Below, in pieces: positions 39,770 through 52,485 of a stretch of 64,000 bases of DNA. Within the stretch, counting starts at the first letter, position 1. Each line of letters starts with the position of its first letter. Made by a program: the position numbers and the translations under genes. The DNA comes from Camelus ferus (lineage: Eukaryota), in the NCBI RefSeq assembly GCF_009834535.1, contig NC_045696.1, forward strand, positions 79,114,001 through 79,178,000, in the 5' to 3' direction. Below the pieces are notes generated by a model, which was given only the letters and a program-made list of their open reading frames with translations, did no database searches and had not been told where the DNA came from.

Positions 39770-40725
39770 TGTGAATGAAAAACATTGCCAGCCATATTAG
39801 TAAACAAAGAATGCTATGGCCATCAAGTCATCAGCCGCTACTGTCACCCTCAACAGTGAGCAGAGGGAACTCAGGATGCAGACAAGCAGGCAGACCAGCC
39901 TCTGCAGCCGCCCTCAACAGTGCCCCGTGAGGGGACTCAGGATGTGGAAGAACAGGATCCTGGCCCTAGACAGCTGGGTGCACATCAAAGGAATGATTTT
40001 GTTACGGAAACAACAGGCCAGTCAAGAAACAAGCACCATTTGGAGGGTTGGAGTGCTCAGATGTATTACGCCAGCGGGCTCAGAGGGGCTTCTGCTCCGA
40101 AGCTCTGAGCACCTCCAAGACGTGCGCATGAGGTTTTATAGGGCAAAGTACAAGCTTGGGGTATTTGGCCAATAGGCATGGAACAGCTTTAGCAGCATTA
40201 TCATCACAAAAGTGGAGGCGGGGAGGCAGCAAACCAACATCCCAAAGCCAGATATGTATCTTTGAAAACCCTGCTGGCTAGCAAAAAAACATGAACAGCA
40301 AACCAACACTAATTAACTTAGATTTACAAGTTAGTCCAGCAGAACTCAGATCAGTATTCCAATACTTAGACTTGTTAGCCCAGCATAGCCTCTCCTTCAC
40401 ATTCCTAGACCTGTGAGTTATCTTGTTAGACCAGCCCAGCTTTTCCTTCACAATTTCAATGAGCCCAGACCTTTGCACCTTCCCATACATAGAGAAGCAC
40501 TAAATTCTTGAACTTGAAAGATCTGGTTTTCTTTAATCTTTTGATGTTCTGACTACCTGGTCTCTGTTGCAAAAACTCCTATATATCCTGGCTCCTCCTT
40601 TGCCGAGGCTGACTGGTCTCTTCGAGCAATCTGAGAGACTACCTCCCGGGTTTGAGTCCTCAGGAAGTCTGCTGAATAAAACATAACTCCCAACTTTCAG
40701 GATATGCATTTTATTTCAGCCAACA
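39770..40725 (+). mobile_element. ERV1-class solo LTR copy 2 (same family as 31931), interrupted by a nested LTR
   Basis: tgtgaatgaaa ... gccaaca with TSD caga/aaga. Aligns to copy 1 on both sides of the 40000-40452 insert. Confidence 0.92.
40000..40452 (-). mobile_element. Nested younger solo LTR (453 bp)
   Basis: TG...CA termini (tgttacgg ... ttcaca) with perfect 4-bp TSD attt (39996-99 / 40453-56). Minus-strand TATAAAA at 40134-40140 and a CCAAT box at 40169-40173. Confidence 0.9.
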
Positions 40726-40729
40726 AAGA

Positions 40730-40855
40730 CCATGTGGGTGAGGAGGCAAGGCTTTCGTTTTACAGGTAGGAATCAGCTTCAGAGATCTCAGTGACTTACT
40801 AGAGGCCACACAGAATTTAAGAAGCAGGCCACCTTCAGTGCTAGAACTACACCAC
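40730..40855 (-). mobile_element. MIR half, continuing the fragment at about 39690-39769 split by the LTR
   Basis: cgttttacaggtaggaatcagcttcagagatctcagtgacttactagaggccacacag. Confidence 0.65.
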
Positions 40856-42999
40856 GTCCAGAAGACTACCTTTCATTACCTCTTCCAAGCGAACTCTCTA
40901 GACCTTCAAAGCACCTTCCACATTCCGATTATGTTGGATGCAATGTTTAAAAAACACTGTGTTCTCTTTTATTATGAAAATTGGACATCAGAAGCACCAC
41001 AATAAATATGACAATTGAACTAACTCTCCATCTTCTTAATTTATAGTTTTGGGTACATAAGGCAGGCTCTAGACTCTATCCTCTTTTCCCAGATTATCTT
41101 ATTCTATCCTGTTTCCTTCACTGATGTAGAAGAGCTTTTCACCTACTTGTGTTGTGTTACCTTAAGTACTTAAATTTCACTTTCAATGAAACCCTGTTTA
41201 ATGAATATTTATAAGTATGTCCCTGCAGTGTTCATTCAACGTGTAGACTTCCTTTCACAGCAGGCTGCAGTTTTACATTTTGCTTTTTATTGCTAAAATG
41301 TTAGCCACACAAATCGACGTCGCTTAGGAAATATGAAAATAACAGTTCCTCTTCTAACTGGAACATTTCCACCAGCGTCACCCAGTGCAACACTGACGGT
41401 GCTAAAAAATAATAAATAATAATAATTAGAATAATCGCCCCAACCCCAAGTAATATGCAATTTACAGTTTTGATAGATGACGTTAAACTGTAAGTTTCCC
41501 AGTAAGTGTAACGTCTCCCAGCTGAAACAGTCATCATTTCTGAAGACATCAGGTAGATGCTGGGATAGACATTCTCTCCTTAGCTTGAATAGCACCTACT
41601 AGTTCTTTGGCCATTAGGCGTCTTTAGGGGGAGTTCTAGGGAGGAATTAATTTGAAAGAGCTTATTGGATAGACATACACTTTAATGAAGAGATTTGTTC
41701 CTCCCAGAAAAGATTTGGGAAACTTTAAGTTGCTCTTTTTTTTTCTTCTCTTTTTGTACATGACAGTGATTATCTATAAAATATCCCATTATAACTACAG
41801 AATCAAAAATCACATAATTCCCATCCACTCAGCAAAACGGTAACTTCAATTAAAACTTCCAGTGGGTAGTCTGACATCTGATCCCGTGTGGGCAAATGTG
41901 ACAAACTGCCATATACTTTAAATTCCTTTAAGGTGAACATACAACTTAGCTGGTAATTTGCAAAAAAGAAAGAATATGCAGGGATGCAAAATAAATGACA
42001 CCAACCATATGGCGCTCAGATTGTAAACCCCTGATGACAAGAAGATAGCTGATCATCTTGCAACTGTAACAAGTTTTCCTTCCATCTGAAGCCACTGTGA
42101 GCCACTGAATTATGCAAGAAACACTTTGCTCCTTTCAAATCAGGGGAAAGTAAGAACTTCATGTAATTTTTGTCCATGAAACATTGGATCAAATTGAATG
42201 CATCTCATATGCCAACTTGATATAAAACCTCTGGATTGGGTATGTCTATAGAAACTGATTATCATAAGAAAATTAAGACTTTCTTTAATACAGAAGTCTA
42301 TCAGAGTGGTATTTACAGTAATAATTGAACTTCTCTTTTTAAATTTTATTCTTCTCAAAAGTTAACTATACATTATCTATTGTGAGAGTACTTCTAAATG
42401 CCACTCCATTCATGATAGAGAAAGAGAAAAAAAAAAAAAACAAATACACTGCAAATTAAGGCAAAAGCCTTATTATTTTGAGACTTCATTCAATTAAGCC
42501 AATATTAAGTGCCTTTTATGTGTCACACACTATGTGACATAGTTCCTGCCCTCAAGTATTGTAGCTCTTGATTGTTCCAGTAAGTCTCTGAGATAGATAT
42601 TATTGAGATTATTTTAACAGATAAGATCATTAAGATTCAATAATTTGTCCATGATCACAGAAGGCAACCTACCACTCAGCTGGGGTTCATAGCACTCTTC
42701 ACAAGGAAAATTGGAAAGTTATCAAAATTTAATTGGCTTCCTGAAGGAGGCTATGTGGTGACCCTGAAGAACAGAGGATTGAAAGCTCTGTCACAAGTAT
42801 GTGACCCCTGGCAAAATAATTAACCTTTCTGAGTTTCAGTTTCCACACATAAGAGAATATGAACCCTAACCACCACCTAAGGTTAACAATACATAACTCA
42901 TAACTCAGATGTGCTGGATTTTTATATTAAAAGTCATTCAGAACAACTCATTTTTGATCATGGCAATAAAAACAAATGGCAGCAATCTATCTGCACTTG

Positions 43000-43690
43000 T
43001 ATTCCAGGAAGTCTGTGTGTGACCCTGAATGTTGAGGAGTCTCAGAGACTCGGAATAGGGTTCTACGGTTCTTACACATGAGGCTCTTGGAAAGGCAGGG
43101 CACAGGAAGACAAGGGGTAGGACGCCTCAGCCGCTGCTCCCTGGCTCAGATGAAGAAAAGCTTTGATGTTCTCTGTACATGACAGTGGAAGGCCAGGGGC
43201 CCCCCAGTGGTCCCGTTGTCTCCCCCAATCTAAAAGTGAGGCCACTCTTGAAAAATACACAGACACTCACAGTTCTAAGAAAGATCCTTCTAACATCCTG
43301 TCCTTTCCTGTTCTTCCTCCCTTTCCCCACTTGGGAGGAGCCAGCAGCGAAGGGGAGAGATTTACAGTATCTGAGAAGAATAGAGAAGACTAATTGTGTC
43401 CCCATGAGTTTCTGAGCTTGGGTCAAGCCTGAGTTAGGAGAGGGAAGAATTCAAATTGGATGAAATAGTTCATCTTTGACAGTATACTAGAATTTAGATA
43501 TTAAAAATGAGAAAATGATTCACAAAGTGTCGAGAAAAACTATAAGGATATTTTCAATTATGAGGAGGAAAAAATGATTTACCAGAGCTTATTAAAAGGA
43601 AAAGTAGGAAGAAAGACTCAATTGGCTTTCTGCATATACCTTACCAAAATCAACCCAGGCAGTAAAACAGGAATATAGCTGTGACAGTAT
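43000..43690. mobile_element. Possible very old LTR remnant (Gypsy-type or ERVL-like)
   Basis: GC-richer block ending caagcctgagttaggagagggaagaattcaaattggatga. Resemblance only; termini not defined. Confidence 0.3.
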
Positions 43691-45949
43691 TTTGAGGGAG
43701 GTACTGGATTGTCTAAAGGTTTGGTAACACTGAGTTAAGGCTTATATTAAAGTCAGAACTGATAATGCATCTGCCTCCACCACCTTCCCCAACCAAACAC
43801 AGTTTTTCAAAATTTCTAACATCGATGTGTTCCCTGCCTTCACAGACCATGTGGCCACACACATAGAGTAAAAGAACATTACAAGACACACATACGATGG
43901 GTACCAAAGATAGTACCAGTAATAAAAACCTCATGAGATCAAAGGAATGAAATTCGCTGTGTACTAGTCCAGAGAGGGAACTGTTTTCATGTGGATGGAA
44001 TCCGGATGGGTGGCAGACAAGGATGGATGTATGAACACATAAAACACATGGGTTTGTATAAAGCAGATTATTCTCAGAATTAAGTGGGACATAAAGTTGG
44101 GATCAGACAATGGGAATCCCTACAAAGCAGACTCAGGTGAACTTTAACCTCTGTGGGAAGTTAGAAATTGATTTTTGAGTTTTATGGTTAGAAAGGGAAG
44201 ATGATGAAATAAAACAGTATTATCTAGGGAAATGAGAATTGGGGACACAGACTTTTTTGAGATTTCATACCATATTCCAATTACAATTGGTAAAACTAAA
44301 TCATCTTTTCCAGAATGCAAGAGATAATTCTTTTGTCACTAGAAAGGTAGTCTTTTATGATTTGTTTTTTCATAGATAACATGAAAACAAAACAAACAAA
44401 AACACCATTTAAAGAATAAAATTATACTTAAAAAATGATCCTAAGGCCGGAAAATTTAGAAGTATTTATTGCATGATTACTTTAAAAATATTTACTTAAA
44501 CAGAATTAGATTATAGTGATATCTTAAGAGTTTTTATTAGCACACCATGATTCTAATGAAAATGACAGCACTAAAATAAGAATGAATGACAGCTAGAGAA
44601 GTTTTGAATGACACTTACAATTTTTGAAAATCTTTGCATCCTAACTGGAGTGGGAAAAATTGGAACAATGACATAGATGTTACCTTAAAAAAATAAACTT
44701 TTTTAAAGGTAATGTCTATTTCTTCATCAGGGTGTTGATTTTTTTTATTATGTGAACTATGAATATATACTTTTCAAACTTTTAAATCTATAGTATGTTT
44801 TGAAATAAAAATTTTAAGAATAGAACTGGAATATATTTACAAAAAAAATTTGTCAACAAATACATTTTTCATGGGAAAAAACATCATTATCTGGCCCTGT
44901 CCTATAGGTGGGCTTTGCTCTGGGGGCAGGCTCTTCCTTTCTTTTGTTTCATTTCCAGAATTGGGACTAATTCCTCCAGCTCCTGCATTAGCAGAAAACA
45001 GCTCGGGGCCTCTGTGAGGTGGGCAGCCAAATGGGCAATCTGGGCAATAATGGCTGTTACAACTCTACTGTTTGCCCAGGTAGATATTTTTTAATTATTC
45101 TGACTTGGTAAAACAAAAAGCACCTGCCCCAGAAGTTTCTCTCCTCATTCCCGACTGCACTGGGCTGGCTGGTCAGTCAGAGAGTTCCTATTCTTTGAAT
45201 TTTTTTAATGAACTATTTTTTTCTTCAAAATGTTGTTAGTCCAAAACTCACATCAAAATAGCAAAATCCCCCAAAAGAACCTCAGTGGCTTACTTTCATA
45301 TCCACATACAGCTTTCTAAAATGTCACTTTTTAATTAAGTTCTTAAAATGGATTATATTATTAACATTTACATGAGGGAATTTTCTATTACAATAAATAG
45401 TTCTTTAATGAACATTCCTGGTATCCCCTTTCCCTCCCACTATTCCTGCCAAAAAAGCCCCAGCGGTCTGGCCCATCCAGTGTTTCTGCGTGTATGGTCT
45501 TATTTTTTTTTTTTTTTTAATTTTTAGGAAGAATATCAAGTTGCTAAAGAGAATTTCTACACCAAAAAAAGTGATAAAAATTGAAACTAGGAAGATCATA
45601 ACACTAAATATTTCTAAGCAATTTTGGATAAGATTTCAAATAAAATGTTATTAAATACACATAAATATTATTTCATTTTCAAAATAATCATCTAAACTTA
45701 GAGCCTGGTGACTCCTTAAAAGGTTTCACCAGTCTGTGATTTTTAGGAACTTTTGCTCATATTAACTTCTAAAGGAATATTTTTAAAACTAGGTACTTTC
45801 ATACATGAAACACCTAAAATGTTTCCTCATAAATGTAACACATTAATTTTATTAATTTAATATATTATATTAGTTTTATGTATTTTATATTTTTATTAAT
45901 TTAATACATAATAATTTACTATATGTAATTCCCAATGCACCATAAATAC

Positions 45950-46830
45950 TGGCAGGCTAAAATAATGTTTGTAACTCTTTTATTTGTATCTAATTGATTC
46001 TAAATGTCACATCAACTTAATAACCATCATCACACATTACAAAATAAAATAAATCAGTAAGCTTTGCTTAAACAGTTAAAATAGTTTTCATGGTTTCTTT
46101 TTCTCCTTGAACTTTTATTTGATTTTACCTCTCCTTCAAAGTTGAATGTTAACAGAATAAATGTTTTACATTTGAAAGACCTCTATTGATCATCCTCTTA
46201 AAATTTTCTGCTACAAAAATATATATGTAAATAGAAACTTAAATAAAAATTCCTATAATCATGAGAATCTAAGCATTAACATTTTTCTTCTAGATTTAAC
46301 TTCAGTATACTTATTTTCAGTATATGCTTGATCAAGACAAATAAACATAAATTTGGTAATTACTAAACATAAAGGTAAAATGTATTGGAAATTAATTTTT
46401 AATGAGATGGGTCGCCCTTGATTCTCCAATCAGTTCTTATATTCATAGCTGAATATTGTTATTGCTCTAATAGGGTGGTATTCAAGATATTTTTTATTGT
46501 TAGCTTTTATTTTTATATATGTCAGTCCTGAGAAAACCAATTCACATAAATAAGAAAATAAGAATAGAAGGAGTTTTATTACAGAAGTGTCATTCAACTT
46601 TTTGAACTCCTTCCAAATTATGTGCCAGAAATCACATAGTAATCTGTAATAAAAAATTACTGTTAATGATCTCTCAGCTGACAACTCAATTAACATCACC
46701 TTCAATTTTGTTGAAAAGAAAGAACTGGAAATTAACTGACTTGTAAAAGGAGTTTTTACTCAGCCATTCTCTTTCTCAACATAATCACCAATACTCTAAA
46801 TTTTCTTTGTTTAAGGCTCTGAAGATTTTT
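45950..46830 (-). mobile_element. hAT-Charlie DNA transposon fossil retaining transposase C-terminal dimerisation-domain sequence
   Basis: ORF 46430-46705(-) LIELSAERSL...LCDFWHIIWKEFKKL...KLLLFLFSYLCELVFSGLTYIKIK matches the Charlie/Buster motif FW..(Y/F)P.L...A...LLPF.STYLCE.GFS.....K.K. Confidence 0.8.
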
Positions 46831-48551
46831 GTTTAAATTCATTTATCAGGACATTTACTGAAGATTCCATGAGCTAGGAGAGGGAGATTATATCATGTAT
46901 CACTCAGAAAGCCTTAAATGTATTTCCTAAAATTGCTTCATCTTAGAAGATGTTTAACTTACCCCTGAGATTTTTAAACCACAGGGACCAATGCACTTTC
47001 GGAAGGAAGGGGTGAATGCCGTTCTCCATGATGTGCACTTACAGAAGGAGGAGAAGAGAGGCATGGGTCACGCCTCCCGAGCAGTCGCGCTCCCAGACCA
47101 GCACACCTTGGAGCGCAGAGTGAGTCACCATCTGGGATGCGGATGCACACTCTTTCCTTTAGAAGTAGACTCTGAAACCTTTGGAAAATCTTGAAGTTCC
47201 AGGATTTGTCAGTTAAGTTTGAAGATCAGAGTTATCAAACAGGACCCTCTACTAAAAAGTCCAGTCCTTCCTGCCTGTCCCCTGTCCTCTCTCACAGACC
47301 TGAGCAACCATGGTTGTGACTTGACTTTTCCCTCCCAGCCTCTTTTTCTCTCCACTTCTAAGATCCATATAATTAAAAATTTAAAATATAGTAAAATAAA
47401 GTTTGAAAATATTGGATTAGAACATCTGTCTCATCTTTTAGCTTTTTAGGTAAGACTCTGCTGGGAAAATATATATATAATTAGTTGAAAGTTACTAAAG
47501 GAAAACATTGTCATTTCATAGCTCTTAAATGGTCAAAAAATGCAACTCCTTAGCATTTATATAGCATTTTTATTTCAAAACTACTATTATATATAGTGAA
47601 TATAATTGCTTATGTAATTATAATATGGAATCTTCATAAATCACTGTTAGCATTAACAAAGATTATTTAACATAGTAATATTAGTGTTTATATATCCAAA
47701 TCCTGGTTTCCTTCAATAGTCCTACTGCATCCACTAGCACTGAAAATCTGTAGAATAGTTTGTTAGATGTTTATTGGTCAGAACTTTTTCTCTTGCTCAG
47801 TTGTTTCTTTTATTATTTTGTTATAGGTTAGTATCTATAAATAAGACATTTACTGAAGATTCCATGTCATAATTAAAATAATTAGATAAAAATCTATGCC
47901 ACCATGATAAAATGTATTATGTGAAGCTAAGAATGAATGAGCTCTTGCTAGGGAGTACAAGGCTTTGCTATTTATTCATGTTTTGTCAAAGTGAATCATA
48001 TTGTATTTTTACTAAATTAAATCCATAGTTTATCTTAAAAGGAAAATAACGAGGAATGAGAGATAAATAATAAATGCATAAAATCAAATTTTAAAACATT
48101 TGAACATTTAGAAGAGTACCCAGAATTTTAAATAATAGTTATAAAATCGTTATTTTAACATGATTAAAAATAAAATAGCACTTCATGCAAATAACACCAA
48201 AAGGTCTCAAACCCAAATGACTACGGTGGCCAGGAAGGAAGATAAATAGGAAGTGGGCTATAGCTTCAGAGTGAGGGAAATGGAACTTTCGTGCTTTGTC
48301 TGAAAGAGGTAGCCGTTAGTTGGCTGCAGAAAATGGTTGCCAGAGCGAGGTGGAGGACAGAAATATGGATTTTTTTTTTATGTACAATCTTCTAGTTTTC
48401 AATATTGTCCACTGACTCCACTTCTTTTTAAACAACTATGTTAGCTTATCTCCAAGATACCAATTCTTTAAGCCTTATATGCACATGACATTCCCCCAGA
48501 GGGAAGTGGCACAAGTGACACTGGGTCAGCAGCAGACATAGCTTTTAATAG

Positions 48552-48642
48552 AGCCAACGCCAGCTTCACACAGGACCCATGCTTCACCTGGGGCCCTGCA
48601 TTTGTCCTTTATGCTGGGCTTCCCAAATTACATATAATCTGT
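48552..48642. mobile_element. MER45-like hAT remnant
   Basis: cacaggacccatgcttcacctggggccctgcatttgtcctttatgctgggcttcccaaatta. Confidence 0.45.
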
Positions 48643-48734
48643 GAAGCCCTGAGTAGGACCCATCCTCTCTGCTTCCTGGCTCTTACTGAGAAGTCTATGC
48701 TGCTCTGCTACAAATGTGGTCTCACAGAGGAACA

Positions 48735-48963
48735 CAGAGGCATCTGACGTGTGAGTGAAGGAGCCACTTTGGCTGTTAAGCCCACTCAAATCTCCAGATG
48801 ACTAGAGCCAAAGAGACTATCTGACTGAAAACCCACGACACCCAAACGAGAACCACCCAGCTGAGTCCAGTCAACAACAGTTCCATGAGACAATTCAAAA
48901 ATAAATTGTTCTTTATGCTACTGCATTTCGGGCTGGCTTACGCAGCAATGGATAATCAGAACA
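48735..48963 (+). mobile_element. MaLR LTR 3' part (MLT1H-like)
   Basis: gagaaccacccagctgagtccagtcaac...aataaattgtt...ttacgcagcaatggataatcagaaca. Confidence 0.8.
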
Positions 48964-51900
48964 GGTGCTGTGTTGACTATACAAACATGTGCCCAAGGGC
49001 TTTATGACCTTTGGCCCACTAGCCTGAGGAAAGCATTAGCCCACTGACCCCCAGGGTTGACTGGCTGTTTAGAAATATTCATTAAAGTATTATTTTATTT
49101 TGCTATTTTAAATGATTTTATCATCTTGATTACATTGTTTGAAGAGTTTAGACAACAGATTTTGTTTTTATTTTTCTCATGTTGAGCTGTCATCATCTGA
49201 GATGATATTAGACCAAAAATTAAAATATGATTTAAATTAATCAAGAAGATTGCTGTAATTTGCTGGTCACTTCATGTACATTTGATTAGTGTTTGTTGAC
49301 AATTTAGTGCTTTTGTTTTGTTTTGTTTTTTTGTCTGAAGACAATAAGTTGAATTAAAATAATTACCCCACTACTGAGTCATTCTTGGTTCCTTTCAGAA
49401 ATACACGTCTAACAAGCCATCAAATCCTCTCCCAAGTGCCCAGTTCACCTCCAAAACCTAAAACTATTGCATTCGTCAAAGAAACAGTTCCTCCAGACCT
49501 TTAGGCCATGTACCTTGTATCATTCATTTGAAGGTGCCATGCAAACAAATGACTAAATATTTCTCTTTGAATTTATTTAAGTAAACATGCAGCTAGAGGC
49601 AGATTGCCTGAACTATATTTATATATTTTTTCCTTCTATCATGCTTGGCAAATAACCTTTGTTTGTCTGATCCTCTCATTTGAAGTCCAAGGAGAAATAT
49701 TCATTTATTAATGAAAATTGATAGAAAATATTAATAGTTACTTTTTTATACAACTTGGTTTTTATTCCAAGTCAGAAAAAAAATCTATTTCTATATTCTT
49801 CTGTAAAGATTTCTAGTTGTATTCACCTGGATCAATGAGGCTGTTTCCTTAAAACATTATTTTGTAAGTGATGTATTTAGTAAATAATCAAGGAATACCA
49901 CCAACACCAAGACATTACATAAGATTTAGAGTGTCTAGCTAGCACCACCTTGGCTTTCTAAAGGCCTTGAACTTGGCCTTGCTATACAGCTTTTGGTATA
50001 GTGCATTCAGAATGGCACAGAAGAAAATGTTCTGCTTAGGACAGAAAATGGGTGGCAAGTAAGAATAGTCATGTTTCAGGGGTCTGTTTCAATGAAGCAA
50101 TTCAAGTAATTGCAACTACTACAGTTAGCAAAGATCAACACAACTTAATTCTTCATGGTGTTAATTTCTGGTACTGGTCTGAGTTTTTACATATAGAAGA
50201 AACACCATGATGACAATACATACTAGTTGATAAGAGTCATCAGTTTCCTTTCTCATTTTGACAATCATTTTACTGTATAATTTGGGACAAGTCATAGAAT
50301 TCATACATACTTTAATTGCTTCGTTCAATGAGGATAATAGAATCCTGTTGGAAAAATACCTTGATAATCTCTTAAGTGAAGTGAAAATTTGTATTTATAA
50401 ATTCAACTAAATTTGAGTTGCTGAGAAATGATTATTTTCTTAGGGTAAAATACTTGTGATTTGATCACAATCCACACGAAAGAAACTAAGGCTTTAGACT
50501 GATGGAAGAAAACCATTTTATTGTTTCCAGATGCATTCCTAGTATCAACTGAACTTGAACACAGGGAAAAAAAATCACTACAACCAAAACAATAGATTAC
50601 TAAAGTCAACTGCATTGTTTCTACCACATATCCATTAAGCATCAAATTATAGTAAAATCTGTTGCTATGAACTCTGTAAATTCCAAATTGCTTTGGAGGG
50701 TTTTGTGGGGGAGGGGGGAGGTTAACTTATTTTGATTCTCAAAACTTAAGGAAAGCATGTTTGTTGAAAAAATAAGTCAACAATGGATCCTAAATTAAAA
50801 CATACGTGCTGACTTCAAATTCACTTTTATTTATGTTCCTTGAATATATAATTAAAAGTTTGAAACTATGAAGTGTTCATTTAAAATATCTTAATGCATT
50901 TGTCAATGGCATGAGCTGCTAGAACAATGATTTTCAAACATTTCTCCCCCCTTCCATCTCTCTCTTTCTCTTTTAGTCAAAATAAACTAAGAACTGAAAT
51001 GCTCCGACTAACGTAGGGACCTGGGATGCTTGGAGCACTTGTCTTCCTTTTCTCAACACTCCCTCCTTCTTCCTTTAGGTCAGTTCTAAATGAATTTGTG
51101 AAATAGTTTAAAACCTAGAGGTTGGGCGAGAGATTGGCAAATCTTTTAAAAGCGAGGTGAGCTGATGGTTCCTGCATTGAAATTGGGGGAGAGTCATAAT
51201 CAATGAGATGGCACAAGTGTGAAGGTGGCTAAGGGCGAAAACCGCCAGATCAGCAGGCTGGTCAGTGTGAGCGGCAGCACTTGCTCCTCTGACCAGGAAC
51301 AATCTGCACGTGTTACACAGTGGGCAGCCTTTCTGCTAGGCTGTGTTTCATATTTTTCTTGTATAATAAGATATGATATTTAGGCAAAATCTGAAGTAAA
51401 CAGAAGATGAGAGTTTTCAAATCAAACTTGGATGGACAATATTTTTCATTATTATATGTACACTCTCAATGGCAAAATAACATATTTTCATTATCTTTCT
51501 AACACATCTGCTTTGGTAATTAATGAATCACTCAATCCAAAAGGTCATTCATGTGATATTATTTGGGGGGGGGATTATCAAGACTAGGTTATTACATAGG
51601 TAGAGTAGAACACCTGATAACTGTAAGTAATAATTTTATTTTATTTAAATTTCATTTCAGTGCCTTATAGTTATTATATTTAGTCTTTTTTCTATCAGAT
51701 TGGGTAATCAATATTGGAACTATTACATTCACAAGATATAAGGTTTGCTTCTCTTTTCTCAGTGTCTCATTGAGAAATATCCCAGCTACTCAGAGGAGTT
51801 TGCAACCGAGGATCCCTCTACTAAAACTTAAAAAATAAACAGCAACTCAGTATGCTCATTTGATTAAAGTACAAAGATCTTCAGCATCCATATTAACATT

Positions 51901-52199
51901 TTTTACTGATAGTGTATCTTTTAAAATTTATGTAAATCTTTAAACAAGTATTAATTACCTGTTATGAAAGAAAAATTAGTCTTCTTCTAGCAAAACTCTT
52001 CATATTTAATTACTATATGTAATAAAATAATACTTTGTCTTTGAGTTTATTTCCATTTTTAGTTTAGTAAAAGATAAAATCACTAGTAAAATGGATGAAT
52101 AATTAGCCATGAATGATAATATAAGAATCTTTAAAATTTTTATTTATAGTCTAGGAATCCACTTAACCTCTTCTAGTTAAAGATACAATGAGTTATAGG

Positions 52200-52485
52200 C
52201 AGAGCATGATCTAGTTAAGAGTGTGAAATTTAGAACTGGTTAGGCTTGTTTCGAGTTCTTTTTTTTCTTTCCTTTTTTTTTTTAATTGAAGTATAGTCAG
52301 TTTACAATGTTGTGTCAATTTCTGGTGTACAGATTTTACCACTAGCTGAATGACTTTGTACAAGAAGTCCTGTTTCCTCTTCCATGAAATGGGGTAAAGC
52401 AACCTACCTAATAAAATGGGTGTGGCTTAGATCATTTAATAAAATTATGTAAATTACCAAGCACAGACTTTGTCACATGGTAAAA
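52200..52485 (+). mobile_element. MIR SINE interrupted by a short L1 tail
   Basis: tagttaagagtgtg...ttcgagttc | ttttaccactagctgaatgactttg...gtttcctcttccatgaaatgggg. Confidence 0.75.
52259..52332 (-). mobile_element. Extremely 5'-truncated young L1 (about 50 nt plus poly-A)
   Basis: Poly-T followed by aattgaagtatagtcagtttacaatgttgtgtcaatttctggtgtacag, the reverse complement of the L1 end seen near 17575-17630. Confidence 0.9.

Noticed and set aside
39816..40175. 119-aa ORF and other ORFs within LTRs (31914, 37132, 37221, 40278)
   Set aside because: They lie in LTR sequence, this one crosses the nested-insertion junction, and none shows retroviral protein motifs.
31931..40725. Full-length provirus, suggested by two same-family LTRs at ERV-like spacing
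   Set aside because: No primer-binding site after LTR 1 and no gag/pol/env remnants. The interval contains older host repeats (MER58, MIR, L2), LTR 2 has its own TSD, and the outer flanks do not share one.
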